DNA from: Yoonia sp.
GTDB taxonomy: Bacteria > Pseudomonadota > Alphaproteobacteria > Rhodobacterales > Rhodobacteraceae
Direction: 5' to 3'
DNA: 64,000 bases
Assembly: GCF_036770585.1 (NCBI RefSeq)
Contig: NZ_DAIPIW010000004.1
Span: 6,327 to 70,326 of the forward strand
Of the stretch, positions 49,213 to 58,907 are shown piece after piece. Under the pieces are notes generated by a model. It saw nothing but the letters and a program-made list of their open reading frames with translations. It made no database searches and was not told where the DNA came from. Position 1 is the first letter of the stretch; every line of letters starts with the position of its first letter. Both the position numbers and the translations under genes were made by a program.

Positions 49213-49890
49213 ATGGCGGCAATGAACGACACAGGCGCATCCAACGAAAAGAACACCGGCTGGCGCGGATCGCGCGAGGTCTGGATGGACGCCGCGCGAC
49301 AGGCGCTGATCACTTCGGGCGTCGATGCGGTGAAGATCCAGCCGCTGGCGGGCCAGCTGCAAATCGCGCGCACCAGCTTCTACTGGTTTTTCAAGGACCG
49401 CGATGCGCTGCTCGATGCGCTGCTGGAAGAATGGGACGCCAAGAACACCGGCGCCTTCGTCGAGGCCTGCAGCGCCTACGCAGAGACCATTTCCGAGGCC
49501 GTCCTCAATCTGATCACGGTCTTCCACGATGAGACGCTCTTCGACCCGCAACTCGATTTCGCGATACGCGGATGGGCGCACAAGTCAGACGTGGCCGCGG
49601 CACGGGTGCACGAGGCCGACGAGGCCCGTCTCAAGGCGATCCGTGCGATGTTCCTGCGCTTCGGATTCGCCGAGGATGAGTCGGATGTCCGGGCGCGGAC
49701 CGTCTACCTGACGCAGATCGGCTACATCGCAATGCAGGTCTTTGAGGCCCCGGCCGTGCGGATGGCGCGTGCATCCGGCTATGTGAAGACCTTTTGCGGC
49801 CAAGCGCCCAGCCCGCGTGAACTGGCGCGCTTTCATGCGCGCCTCAAGTTCGACCCGCCGGCCAATTCCCAAGGATACGCCGAAGGGTGA
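49213..49890 (+). CDS. TetR/AcrR family transcriptional regulator
   Basis: GVDAVKIQPLAGQLQIARTSFYWFFKDR HTH; divergent from the oxidoreductase. Confidence 0.92.
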   Translation: MAAMNDTGASNEKNTGWRGSREVWMDAARQALITSGVDAVKIQPLAGQLQIARTSFYWFFKDRDALLDALLEEWDAKNTGAFVEACSAYAETISEAVLNLITVFHDETLFDPQLDFAIRGWAHKSDVAAARVHEADEARLKAIRAMFLRFGFAEDESDVRARTVYLTQIGYIAMQVFEAPAVRMARASGYVKTFCGQAPSPRELARFHARLKFDPPANSQGYAEG

Positions 49891-50048
49891 GACGAACGTC
49901 AACCATCCGGCCACTGTAGAAACAGCGCGCCACAGAAAGCGCCAGTTGCCGCCAAAGCGACCACAGGTTTCGTCCAGGTGCCCGTCGACGCTCGCGCGGC
50001 ATGGGCGACCTCGAAAGCCTGAGCTTGCTCCGATAGCCCAAGCCACTC

Positions 50049-50106
50049 CATTATTGGCCCAAAAATATCCCGGGGGGCTGCCGCAGGCAGCGGGGGCAGC
50101 GCCCCC
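50049..50106. repeat. REP-like double-hairpin intergenic repeat, copy 3
   Basis: Identical to copy 2 except one G fewer in the G-run; abuts the NUDIX stop codon. Confidence 0.85.
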
Positions 50107-50547
50107 TCAAAGCCCGGCCAGTTGCGCCACGAAAGCCGCATCGCCGTCGTTGTAAAGCTCGGCCACCGCAACCTCGGGCGCCATCCAGAGAGGGACATGC
50201 CCCGGCTCGGTCGCGGGTCCGTGCGGGCGGACCGGACGGGCAAGGTAGATGTGGCACAGCTTCTCGGCCCAGATGTCGTATTCGGGCATATAGGCAAAGC
50301 GCCGGAAGCTGCCCAGCTTGCGGGGGGCCGTGATGCGCCAGCCGGTTTCCTCGAAGACCTCGCGGTGCAGGGCGGTCAGGGGATGCTCGCCCGGGTCGAT
50401 GCCGCCACCGGGAAGCTGGATCTCGAAATGCGGGTCGCCCTGATAGGTCAGCAGCAGCTTTCCATCCAGCGGCAGGATCGCGTAGACACCGGGTCTCGTG
50501 CGGTAGCGCTGACCGGCGCGCGGCGTGTCGCCATACCGTCTGATCAT
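50107..50547 (-). CDS. NUDIX hydrolase
   Basis: PGGGIDPGEHPLTALHREVFEETG Nudix box. Confidence 0.92.
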   Translation of the reverse strand: MIRRYGDTPRAGQRYRTRPGVYAILPLDGKLLLTYQGDPHFEIQLPGGGIDPGEHPLTALHREVFEETGWRITAPRKLGSFRRFAYMPEYDIWAEKLCHIYLARPVRPHGPATEPGHVPLWMAPEVAVAELYNDGDAAFVAQLAGL

Positions 50548-50557
50548 AGCTCTCCCC

Positions 50558-50585
50558 CTTGGACCGCTGCTTGCCCCGCCTATAT
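50558..50585 (+). promoter_or_regulatory. RpoH (sigma32) promoter of hslO
   Basis: CTTG-N17-CCTATAT, exact alphaproteobacterial heat-shock consensus. Confidence 0.75.
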
Positions 50586-50624
50586 AGGCGCGGTATGCCA
50601 GCCCCTGACATGTAAGGAAAGACC

Positions 50625-51617
50625 ATGATCACAGGCAACCAGATCGCCTGGGACGATACCGTCCTGCCGTTTCAACTCGACGCCTCGGACATCCGCGGCC
50701 GGGTGGCGCGTCTTGATGGCGTGCTGGAACAGGTCCTGAAGCAGCATGACTATCCCCCCATGATCGAAGGACTGGTGGCCGAGATGGCCTTGCTGACCGC
50801 CCTGATCGGCCAATCGGTCAAGCTGCGCTGGAAACTGTCCTTGCAGGTACGCGGCTCGGGTCCGGCCCGACTGATCGCCACCGACTACTATGGTCCGACC
50901 GAAGACGGTGAACCGGCCCGCATCCGTGCCTATGCCTCTTACGATGCCGATCGTCTGGACGAGGGCGCCGATCCTTTCAGCCAGATCGGGCAGGGCTACT
51001 TTGCCATTCTGATCGATCAGGGTCAGGGCATGACGCCCTATCAGGGGATCACGCCGATTGCGGGCGGGTCGCTGGCCGCCTGTGCGCAGACCTATTTCGC
51101 CCAGTCCGAGCAGCTTCCGACGCGGTTCGCGCTGACCTATGGCCTGTCGCAACTGGCCGGCAAGGGCACCCATTGGCGCGCGGGCGGGATCATGTTGCAG
51201 CATATGCCAAAAGCCTCGCCCGAGATGAAGGGTGACGGCGGGTCCGGTGAAGGCGGCCTGCTTGCGGCAGCCGATATCCTTGACGCGAACGAAGGCGAGA
51301 ACTGGAACCGCGCGAACCTGCTGCTGGATACGGTCGAGGATCTGGAACTGATCGGCCCGTCCCTTGCGCCGACCGATCTGCTGGTCCGGCTGTTTCACGA
51401 AGAACGCCCGCGCGTTTTCGACGCCCAGCCGGTGAAATTCGGCTGTAGCTGTTCGGTGGAAAAGGTCCGCCAAAGCCTGTCGATCTATTCGGCCAAGGAT
51501 ATCGGGACGATGACCACGGACGACGGCACGGTCACCGCGGACTGCCAGTTCTGTGGTGCGCATTATGTCCTCGACCCCGAGACGCTCGGGTTCGAGGCCA
51601 AGGACGCCAGTGACTGA
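50625..51617 (+). CDS. hslO: Hsp33 family redox chaperone
   Basis: YFAQSEQLPT, FGCSCS, DCQFCG zinc-binding motif. Confidence 0.95.
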   Translation: MITGNQIAWDDTVLPFQLDASDIRGRVARLDGVLEQVLKQHDYPPMIEGLVAEMALLTALIGQSVKLRWKLSLQVRGSGPARLIATDYYGPTEDGEPARIRAYASYDADRLDEGADPFSQIGQGYFAILIDQGQGMTPYQGITPIAGGSLAACAQTYFAQSEQLPTRFALTYGLSQLAGKGTHWRAGGIMLQHMPKASPEMKGDGGSGEGGLLAAADILDANEGENWNRANLLLDTVEDLELIGPSLAPTDLLVRLFHEERPRVFDAQPVKFGCSCSVEKVRQSLSIYSAKDIGTMTTDDGTVTADCQFCGAHYVLDPETLGFEAKDASD

Positions 51618-52194
51618 CCTGCGTCAAAAGCTGGGTGACGCATTGTCCCGCAAGGGCGATGTGTCCTCGGACTTTGACCTCAATCCCGATGTGACCGTGC
51701 CGGACGGGCGGTTGACGCCTGCGGGGGTGCTGATCGGAATTTCAGCGGTGACCCGGACCGTCATCCTGACCAAGCGTTCGGCGCGGCTGAAACATCACCC
51801 GGGCCAGATCGCCTTTCCGGGGGGGCGGCAGGACCCCGAAGATGCCTCGCCCATCGCCGCAGCCCTGCGCGAGGCGCGCGAAGAGATCGGCCTGCCCCTT
51901 GGTCTTGTCGATGTCATCGGCACGCTGCCGCACCACCAGACAGTGACCAACTATCACGTCACGCCGGTTGTCGGCCTGATCCGTGACCGGTTCGACCACC
52001 TGCCCGAGACTGGCGAGGTCAGCGAGGTCTTCGAGGTGCCGCTCGACCATCTGCTCGACCTGCGCAACTACCGGATCGAAGGGCGGCATTGGCAGGGGCG
52101 CAAGCGATTCTACTATACCGTGCCCTATGGCCCCTATTACATCTGGGGTGCGACGGGCCGCATTTTGCGCAGTCTGGCGGAGCGGATGGCATGA
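51610..52194 (+). CDS. nudL: CoA pyrophosphatase (NudL-type Nudix)
   Basis: LTKRS..LKHHPGQIAFPGG, ALREAREEIGL, IWGATG. Confidence 0.9.
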   Translation: MTDLRQKLGDALSRKGDVSSDFDLNPDVTVPDGRLTPAGVLIGISAVTRTVILTKRSARLKHHPGQIAFPGGRQDPEDASPIAAALREAREEIGLPLGLVDVIGTLPHHQTVTNYHVTPVVGLIRDRFDHLPETGEVSEVFEVPLDHLLDLRNYRIEGRHWQGRKRFYYTVPYGPYYIWGATGRILRSLAERMA

Positions 52195-53324
52195 CGCGGG
52201 TCACCGGCGATTGGCTGACAGGTGTTGCTGCCCAGCGCGTTTGCGCGGTTTTGACCGATGCAGGCTATCAGGCCTGGTTCGTCGGGGGTTGCGTGCGCAA
52301 TGCGCTGATCGGGCAAGATGTGCGCGATCTGGATCTTTCGACCAACGCGCGCCCCGAACTGGTCATGGAACTGGCCCGGGACGCCGGGATCAAGGTGGTG
52401 CCGACAGGGATCGACCACGGGACGGTGACTCTGGTGCTGGACGGGACATCCTTCGAGGTGACGACCTTCCGCCAAGACGTGGCCACCGATGGCAGGCGTG
52501 CGGTCGTGGCCTTCGCCGATACCATGATCGAGGACGCGCGCCGCCGCGATTTCACGATGAACGCGCTTTATGCGGGGCCGGATGGCGCGGTGGCCGATCC
52601 CTTGGGCGGGCTGCCCGACCTTTTTGCCCGCCGCGTCCGTTTCATCGAGGATGCCGACCGCCGCATCAAGGAAGATTATCTGCGCATCCTGCGCTTCTTC
52701 CGGTTCCATGCGTGGTATGGCGATCCCGAAGCCGGGATCGATGCGGATGGGCTGGCGGCCTGTGCCGACAACATCGACGGGCTTGCCGCGCTTTCGGCGG
52801 AACGGATCACGGCAGAGGTGCTAAGGCTGCTCGCCGCGCCTGATCCCGCCCCTGCTGTGGCGAGCATGGCCGCCACGGGTGCATTGGCGCAAGTTCTGGC
52901 CGGTGCAGAGGCGGGGGGTCTCGCGGTGCTTGTCCATCTGGAACAGGCGGCGGGCGTGCAGCCCGCGCCCTTGCGCCGACTGGCGGTGCTGGGTGGGCAG
53001 ACCGACGGATTGCGCCTGTCCAAGGATCAGGCGCGGGAACTGGGGTTGATGATGGCCGAAGGTGACCTGCCCGAACTGGCCTACCGCCACGGGTTCGCGG
53101 CGGCGCGGGACGCGGCGTTGATCCGCGCGGCCCTTGCCGGTGGCAAGGTGGGCCATGATGACCTTGCCGCACTGCAGGATGCCGCCCGCAAGATCTTCCC
53201 GCTGACCGCTGCCGATCTGATGCCGGGCTTGCAAGGCGCAGCACTGGGCCGTGCCTTGCGGCAGGCCGAGGCGCGGTGGATCGCCTCGGGTTTCACGCTG
53301 ACCAAGGATGACCTGCTTGGCTGA
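52191..53324 (+). CDS. cca: CCA tRNA nucleotidyltransferase
   Basis: VGGCVRN, DLD, EVTTFR, RRDFTMNA, EDYLRILR. Confidence 0.9.
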   Translation: MTRVTGDWLTGVAAQRVCAVLTDAGYQAWFVGGCVRNALIGQDVRDLDLSTNARPELVMELARDAGIKVVPTGIDHGTVTLVLDGTSFEVTTFRQDVATDGRRAVVAFADTMIEDARRRDFTMNALYAGPDGAVADPLGGLPDLFARRVRFIEDADRRIKEDYLRILRFFRFHAWYGDPEAGIDADGLAACADNIDGLAALSAERITAEVLRLLAAPDPAPAVASMAATGALAQVLAGAEAGGLAVLVHLEQAAGVQPAPLRRLAVLGGQTDGLRLSKDQARELGLMMAEGDLPELAYRHGFAAARDAALIRAALAGGKVGHDDLAALQDAARKIFPLTAADLMPGLQGAALGRALRQAEARWIASGFTLTKDDLLG

Positions 53325-53898
53325 CTATCTGCCTTTGATCGGCTTTGTCTTCTTCGGCCTTTTCTCGCCGGGGCCGAATGTGATCATGATCACCGCCTCG
53401 GGCGCGAGGTTCGGCTTCCAGCGCACGATACCGCACATTTTCGGCGTGGCGCTGGGCGTCGGTGTGATCGCCTTTGTGACAGGCATCGGTATCGGCACCC
53501 TTCTTGCCGCGCAGCCGGGACTGACGCTGGCCCTGAAAATCGTGGCGAGCCTCTGGATTGTCTGGATGGCCTACAACCTCTGGAACGCGGACCCCGCGAA
53601 AAGACGGGACCGCGAGAGGCCGTTCACCTTCATCGAGGCCGTGCTGTTCCAATGGATCAACCCCAAGGTCTGGGCGGTCGCGCTGAGTGCGACGGCCTAT
53701 GTGGCCACGCTCGCGCCGATCCAACAGGCGAGCAGTCTTGCGGCGACATTCTCGACCGTCAACATAGGCGTCTGCATCTTCTGGGCGGTGGCGGGCAGTC
53801 TTTTGTCTTACTTGCTGACCAACCCCGTCGCCTGGCGCATTTTCATGCGGATCATGGCAATCGCGCTTGTCGGATTTTCGGTCCTTCTTTTTCTCTGA
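53317..53898 (+). CDS. LysE family translocator
   Basis: SPGPN, FQWINPK, 5-6 TM segments. Confidence 0.88.
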   Translation: MADYLPLIGFVFFGLFSPGPNVIMITASGARFGFQRTIPHIFGVALGVGVIAFVTGIGIGTLLAAQPGLTLALKIVASLWIVWMAYNLWNADPAKRRDRERPFTFIEAVLFQWINPKVWAVALSATAYVATLAPIQQASSLAATFSTVNIGVCIFWAVAGSLLSYLLTNPVAWRIFMRIMAIALVGFSVLLFL

Positions 53899-53939
53899 CC
53901 GACTTGCTATAGCGGGTCTCTGTCCAGCGAGAGTCCCCC

Positions 53940-55769
53940 ATGTTCGGCTTCTTTGAACGCCTCGTAGACCCCTATGGTCCCTACGCCGAGAACGACACGC
54001 CGCCCAAGCGGCTGTTTCCGTTCCTGCTGGAATACGCCCAACCCTTTCGCAAGGTCTTCTGGGTTACCGGTATCCTCTCGATCCTGATCGCCGTGATCGA
54101 GATCTGGCTGATCGCCTATCTGGGGCGGCTGGTGGATATTCTGGGCAGCGGCGGCCCGGCCGAGGTCTGGGCGCGCTACGGGCTGGAACTGATCCTTGTC
54201 GCCGTTTTCATCCTGACCGTGCGGCCCGTCATCCATGTGGTGCAGATCGCGCTCTTGAACAACACGATCCTGCCGAACTTCGGCACGTTGGTGCGCTGGC
54301 GGGCGCACCGTCATGTGCTGCGCCAGTCCGTTGGCTGGTTCGAGGATGATTTCGCAGGCCGGATCGCCAACCGGATCATGCAGACGCCGCCAGCGGCGGG
54401 GGCTGTCGTGTTCCAGACCTTTGACGCGATTACCTTTGCGATTGCCTATGTCGTCGGCTCGATCGTCATTCTGGCACAGACGGACCCGGCATTGGTGATC
54501 CCGCTGATGGTCTGGCTGATCCCCTATCTGTTCCTCGTGCGCTGGGTGCTGGTCCGCGTGACCCCGGCGTCCGAGGCGGCCTCGAACGCGCGCAGCGCGG
54601 TGACGGGTCGTGTTGTGGACAGCTATACCAACATCCACGCGGTCAAGATGTTCGCCCATCACGACCGCGAGGTGAACTATGCCAAGGAAGCCATCGAAGA
54701 GGCGCGCCGCACCTTCCAGTATGAAATGCGGCTTTATACGATCATGGACGCCGGTCTGATGATCCTGAACGGCCTGCTGATCATCGGCGTCGTCGGCTGG
54801 GCGATATGGCTTTGGATGCAGGGCACGGCCTCGATCGGGATGGTGGCGGTGGCGACGTCGCTGGCGCTGCGGCTGAATGCGATGTCGGGCTGGATCATGT
54901 GGGCGATGTCCGAATTCTTCCGCGAGCTGGGCGTGGTCAAGGAAGGGATGGAGACGATCGCCCAGTCGGTGGAACTGGTCGATGCGCCGGATGCCAAACC
55001 GCTGGAGGGGACCCAAGGTGCCGTCGAGGTGCGCGGGCTGACCCATCACTACGGCAAGCAGTCGGGCGGGCTGGACCGGATCGACCTGAAGATCGCCGCT
55101 GGTGAAAAGGTCGGGCTGGTGGGTCAGTCGGGCGCGGGCAAGTCCACCTTCGTCAAGCTGCTGTTGCGGTTCTATGATGCCGAGGGCGGGCAGATCCTGA
55201 TCGACGGGCAGGATATCGCCAAGGCGACACAGGACTCCCTGCGCAGTTCCATCGGCATGGTCCAGCAAGACAGCGCCTTGTTGCATCGTTCGGTGCGGGA
55301 CAACATCCTCTATGGACGTCCGTCCGCCACGGAAGACCAGATGATCGCCGCGGCCAAGAAGGCCGAGGCGCATGACTTTATCTTGGGGCTTGAAGATAAC
55401 GAGGGCCGCAAGGGCTATGACGCCAAGGTCGGCGAACGCGGTGTGAAACTGTCGGGCGGGCAGCGCCAGCGGATCAGCCTTGCGCGGGTCATCCTGAAGG
55501 ATGCGCCACTTCTGGTGTTGGACGAGGCGACCAGCGCCCTAGATAGTGAGGTCGAGGCCGCCATTCAGGAAACGCTCTATCAGATGATGGACGGCAAGAC
55601 GGTCATCGCCATCGCGCACCGGTTGTCGACCATCGCCAAGATGGACCGGATCATCGTGATGGATCAGGGCCGCATCGTCGAAGAAGGCACGCATGACGCG
55701 CTGCTGGCGGCGAATGGACAATATGCACGGTTCTGGGCGCGCCAGTCGGGCGGGTTTCTGGGCCAGTAA
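53940..55769 (+). CDS. ABC exporter, fused permease/ATPase (paralog 1)
   Basis: GQSGAGKST, LSGGQRQR, LVLDEATSALD, AHRLST. Confidence 0.93.
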   Translation: MFGFFERLVDPYGPYAENDTPPKRLFPFLLEYAQPFRKVFWVTGILSILIAVIEIWLIAYLGRLVDILGSGGPAEVWARYGLELILVAVFILTVRPVIHVVQIALLNNTILPNFGTLVRWRAHRHVLRQSVGWFEDDFAGRIANRIMQTPPAAGAVVFQTFDAITFAIAYVVGSIVILAQTDPALVIPLMVWLIPYLFLVRWVLVRVTPASEAASNARSAVTGRVVDSYTNIHAVKMFAHHDREVNYAKEAIEEARRTFQYEMRLYTIMDAGLMILNGLLIIGVVGWAIWLWMQGTASIGMVAVATSLALRLNAMSGWIMWAMSEFFRELGVVKEGMETIAQSVELVDAPDAKPLEGTQGAVEVRGLTHHYGKQSGGLDRIDLKIAAGEKVGLVGQSGAGKSTFVKLLLRFYDAEGGQILIDGQDIAKATQDSLRSSIGMVQQDSALLHRSVRDNILYGRPSATEDQMIAAAKKAEAHDFILGLEDNEGRKGYDAKVGERGVKLSGGQRQRISLARVILKDAPLLVLDEATSALDSEVEAAIQETLYQMMDGKTVIAIAHRLSTIAKMDRIIVMDQGRIVEEGTHDALLAANGQYARFWARQSGGFLGQ

Positions 55770-55781
55770 CGAAGGACAGGC

Positions 55782-57614
55782 ATGCAACCGCAGAACTGGA
55801 TCGATCCGTTCCAGACGGCAGACGGCCCGCCGCCGCAAAAGCTGTCGGCGTTCCTGAAGTGGTGCCTGAAGGGCAGTTTCGGGATCACGATCTTTTCAGG
55901 CGTCGTCTCGGCGCTGGGCGGTGTGCTCGAGGTTGCCGCGGCCCTGATGCTGGGGTGGGTGATCGACGCCGCCCTTGCCTCGGAGGTGACAGGGTTCTTT
56001 GGCGATAATCTGCTGCTCTTGCTGGGTGTGACGGCCTTCCTTCTGATCCTGCGGCCGATCCTGATGGGCTTTTCGGGGCTGTTGCAGTCGGTGGTTGTGG
56101 GCCCAGCCTTGAACACGCTGATCCTGTCGCGGCTGCATCGCCATTCCCTTGGGCAGGCGGTGAAGTTCTTTGACGATGATTTCGCGGGCCGCATCGCGCA
56201 AAAGCAGATGCAGGCAGCGCGCGCGGCAACCGATCTGGTCGTCGATCTGATCCACACCGTCGCCTTTGCGCTGGCGTCGCTGGTGGGCTCGGTGCTGCTG
56301 CTTTTTGCAATCGACTGGCGCGCGGCGCTGCTGCTGGCGCTCTGGTCGGCAGGCTACATCGCGTTGATCCGCTATTTCATCCCGCGTGTGCGGGAACGGT
56401 CGAAAGAGCGGGCGGCGAAACGCGCGATGGTGACCGGACAGGTCGTCGACACGATCACCAACATCAAGACGGTCAAGCTTTTCGCCCATGACGCACACGA
56501 GGACCGGGCCGCGATAGACGCCATGGACGCCTATCGCGCAAAGGCGGTGCATTTCGGCTGGCTGTCGTCATCGTTCCGGTTCTGGTTGATGGCGCTGGGC
56601 GGTCTGTTGCCGGTGATCCTTGTGGGCACAACACTCTATCTGTGGACCATCGGGGCCGCCTCGGCCGGTGAAATCGCGGCGGCGGGGGCGATTGCCCTGC
56701 GTCTGGCGCAGATGACCGGCTGGGTCAGTTTCACGCTGATGGGCATGTATGCCAACGTGGGCGAAATCGAGGATGCGATGCATACGCTGGCCCCCGCCCA
56801 TACGCTGCGCGACAAGCCCGATGCGCATGTGCTGACGGTCAGCGCGGGGGCGATTGCGCTGGAGGATGTCAGCTTCAGCTATGGCGGCGGTCCGGGTGGG
56901 CTGGACGCCGTGTCGCTGACCATCAACCCGGGCGAGAAGCTGGGGATCGTCGGGGCATCGGGCGCGGGGAAATCCACCTTGGTCGCCCTGATCCTGCGGC
57001 TCTACGATACCGAACAGGGGCGCGTCCTGATCGACGGACATGACGTGCGCGACGTGACGCAGGAAAGTCTGCGCCGCCAGATCGGGATGGTCACGCAGGA
57101 AACGGCGATGTTCAACCGCTCGGCCTTTGACAATATCCGCTACGGCAAGCCCGACGCCACCGAGGCCGAGGTCCATGCCGCCGCGATGCAGGCCGAGGCG
57201 CATGAGTTCATCAAGGACCTGCGCGACCATCGGGGCCGCACCGGATATGACGCGCATCTGGGCGAGCGTGGCGTCAAGCTGTCGGGTGGCCAGCGCCAGC
57301 GCATCGCGATTGCCCGCGCCATCCTGAAGGATGCGCCGATCCTTGTGCTGGACGAAGCGACAAGCGCGCTTGATTCCGAGGTCGAGGCCTCGATCCAGAC
57401 GGCGCTTGAGAGCATCATGGGCGACAAGACGGTGATCGCGATTGCGCATCGTTTGTCGACGCTGGCGCAGATGGACCGGATCGTTGTCCTTGACGGCGGC
57501 AGGATAGTCGAGGAAGGGACGCATCACGCGCTTCTGGCCCGGGCCGGGCTTTATGCGCGCTATTGGAACCGGCAGTCGGGCGGGTTCCTGAACCTGACGG
57601 ACGCGGCGGAATAG
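55782..57614 (+). CDS. ABC exporter, fused permease/ATPase (paralog 2)
   Basis: GASGAGKST, LSGGQRQR, LDEATSALD; shares FxDDFAGRIA and WxRQSGGFL with paralog 1. Confidence 0.93.
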   Translation: MQPQNWIDPFQTADGPPPQKLSAFLKWCLKGSFGITIFSGVVSALGGVLEVAAALMLGWVIDAALASEVTGFFGDNLLLLLGVTAFLLILRPILMGFSGLLQSVVVGPALNTLILSRLHRHSLGQAVKFFDDDFAGRIAQKQMQAARAATDLVVDLIHTVAFALASLVGSVLLLFAIDWRAALLLALWSAGYIALIRYFIPRVRERSKERAAKRAMVTGQVVDTITNIKTVKLFAHDAHEDRAAIDAMDAYRAKAVHFGWLSSSFRFWLMALGGLLPVILVGTTLYLWTIGAASAGEIAAAGAIALRLAQMTGWVSFTLMGMYANVGEIEDAMHTLAPAHTLRDKPDAHVLTVSAGAIALEDVSFSYGGGPGGLDAVSLTINPGEKLGIVGASGAGKSTLVALILRLYDTEQGRVLIDGHDVRDVTQESLRRQIGMVTQETAMFNRSAFDNIRYGKPDATEAEVHAAAMQAEAHEFIKDLRDHRGRTGYDAHLGERGVKLSGGQRQRIAIARAILKDAPILVLDEATSALDSEVEASIQTALESIMGDKTVIAIAHRLSTLAQMDRIVVLDGGRIVEEGTHHALLARAGLYARYWNRQSGGFLNLTDAAE

Positions 57615-58817
57615 ATGCTGACAATCGAAAGTCTGACTCACCTCGGGTTGGGGCGTGCCTCGGACGGGCAATCGCTTTTGCCGCGCGTGCTGCCGGGGGA
57701 AGAGGTGGATGTGGCACAGGACGGCACCGTGCGGATCGTCACGCCCTCGCCGGATCGTGTCGCGGCACCCTGCCGACATTTCAAAAGCTGCGGAGGCTGC
57801 GCAATGCAGCATGCAAGCGATGGGTTTGTCGCTGGCTGGAAGCAGGGGATCGTGGAAAAGGCGCTTGCGGCGCGGGGGGTCGCGGCGGCGTTCCGTCCGA
57901 TCGCGACATCGCCGGCGCAGTCGCGCAGGCGCGCCAAGCTGTCGGGCCGCCGCACCAAGAAGGGCGCGATGATCGGCTTTCACGCCAAGGGATCGGATGC
58001 GCTGGTCGAGGTGCCTGATTGCAAGCTCTTGTCCCCTGCCCTGATGGCCAGCTTTCCCGCGCTCGAGGCGCTGACCCTGCTGGCCGCCTCGCGCAAGGGC
58101 GAGATTGACCTGACGGTGACCGAGACGGATCAGGGGCCGGATATTCTGGTCGAGACCGAGAAAGAGCTGACGCCGCAGTTGCGGGTCGAACTGCCGGCGC
58201 TCGCGAACCGGTTCGGTCTGTCGCGGCTGCACTGGAACGACGAACCGGTCGTCACGATCAACCCGCCCGCACAGGTTTTCGGTGGCACGGCGGTTGTCCC
58301 GCCGCCAGGCGCCTTCCTGCAGGCCACCCGTCATGGCGAGGCGAGCCTGCTGGCGGCTGTGGAAGAGATCACCCAAGGCGCTGCCCGCATCGTCGATCTT
58401 TTCTCGGGCTGCGGCACATTCACCCTGCCGATTGCCAAACGCGCCGAGGTCCATGCCGTCGAGGGTGACAAAGCCATGCTTGCCGCGCTCGATCGCGGTT
58501 GGCGCGAGGGGTTCCAGCTGCGCCGTGTCACGACCGAAGCGCGTGATCTCTTCCGCCGCCCGCTGGAAGCTGACGAATTTCGCCACTTCGATGCTGTGGT
58601 GATTGACCCGCCCCGCGCAGGGGCCGATGCGCAGGTCGCCACACTTTCAGCCAGCGGGATCAAGACCATCGCCATGGTCTCGTGCAATCCTGTCACCTTT
58701 GCGCGGGATGCCCAGACTTTGATCAATGCAGGCTATGCCATGGGCTGGGTGCAGGTCGTCGACCAGTTCCGCTGGTCGCCGCATACCGAAGTTGTTGCAC
58801 CATTCACGCGGAAGTGA
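57615..58817 (+). CDS. RNA (uracil-5)-methyltransferase, RlmD/TrmA family
   Basis: CRHFKSCGGC Fe-S motif, AFLQ, DLFSGCG, DPPRAG, VSCNP, DQFRWSPHTE. Confidence 0.9.
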   Translation: MLTIESLTHLGLGRASDGQSLLPRVLPGEEVDVAQDGTVRIVTPSPDRVAAPCRHFKSCGGCAMQHASDGFVAGWKQGIVEKALAARGVAAAFRPIATSPAQSRRRAKLSGRRTKKGAMIGFHAKGSDALVEVPDCKLLSPALMASFPALEALTLLAASRKGEIDLTVTETDQGPDILVETEKELTPQLRVELPALANRFGLSRLHWNDEPVVTINPPAQVFGGTAVVPPPGAFLQATRHGEASLLAAVEEITQGAARIVDLFSGCGTFTLPIAKRAEVHAVEGDKAMLAALDRGWREGFQLRRVTTEARDLFRRPLEADEFRHFDAVVIDPPRAGADAQVATLSASGIKTIAMVSCNPVTFARDAQTLINAGYAMGWVQVVDQFRWSPHTEVVAPFTRK

Positions 58818-58907
58818 CGCAGTGGATGCGGGAATGCTTGCCCGAAACCGCTCTGCCATAGTATTCCTGACACAAGCGGCAAAGACCGCGTGGATTGGGC
58901 AGTATCG

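Noticed and set aside
53940..57614. Tandem ABC exporters as the transporter of the carboxylase cluster
   Set aside because: They lie 8 kb away among core genes, have no C39 peptidase domain or ECF motif that I could see, and the poly-Asp proteins have Sec-type signals.
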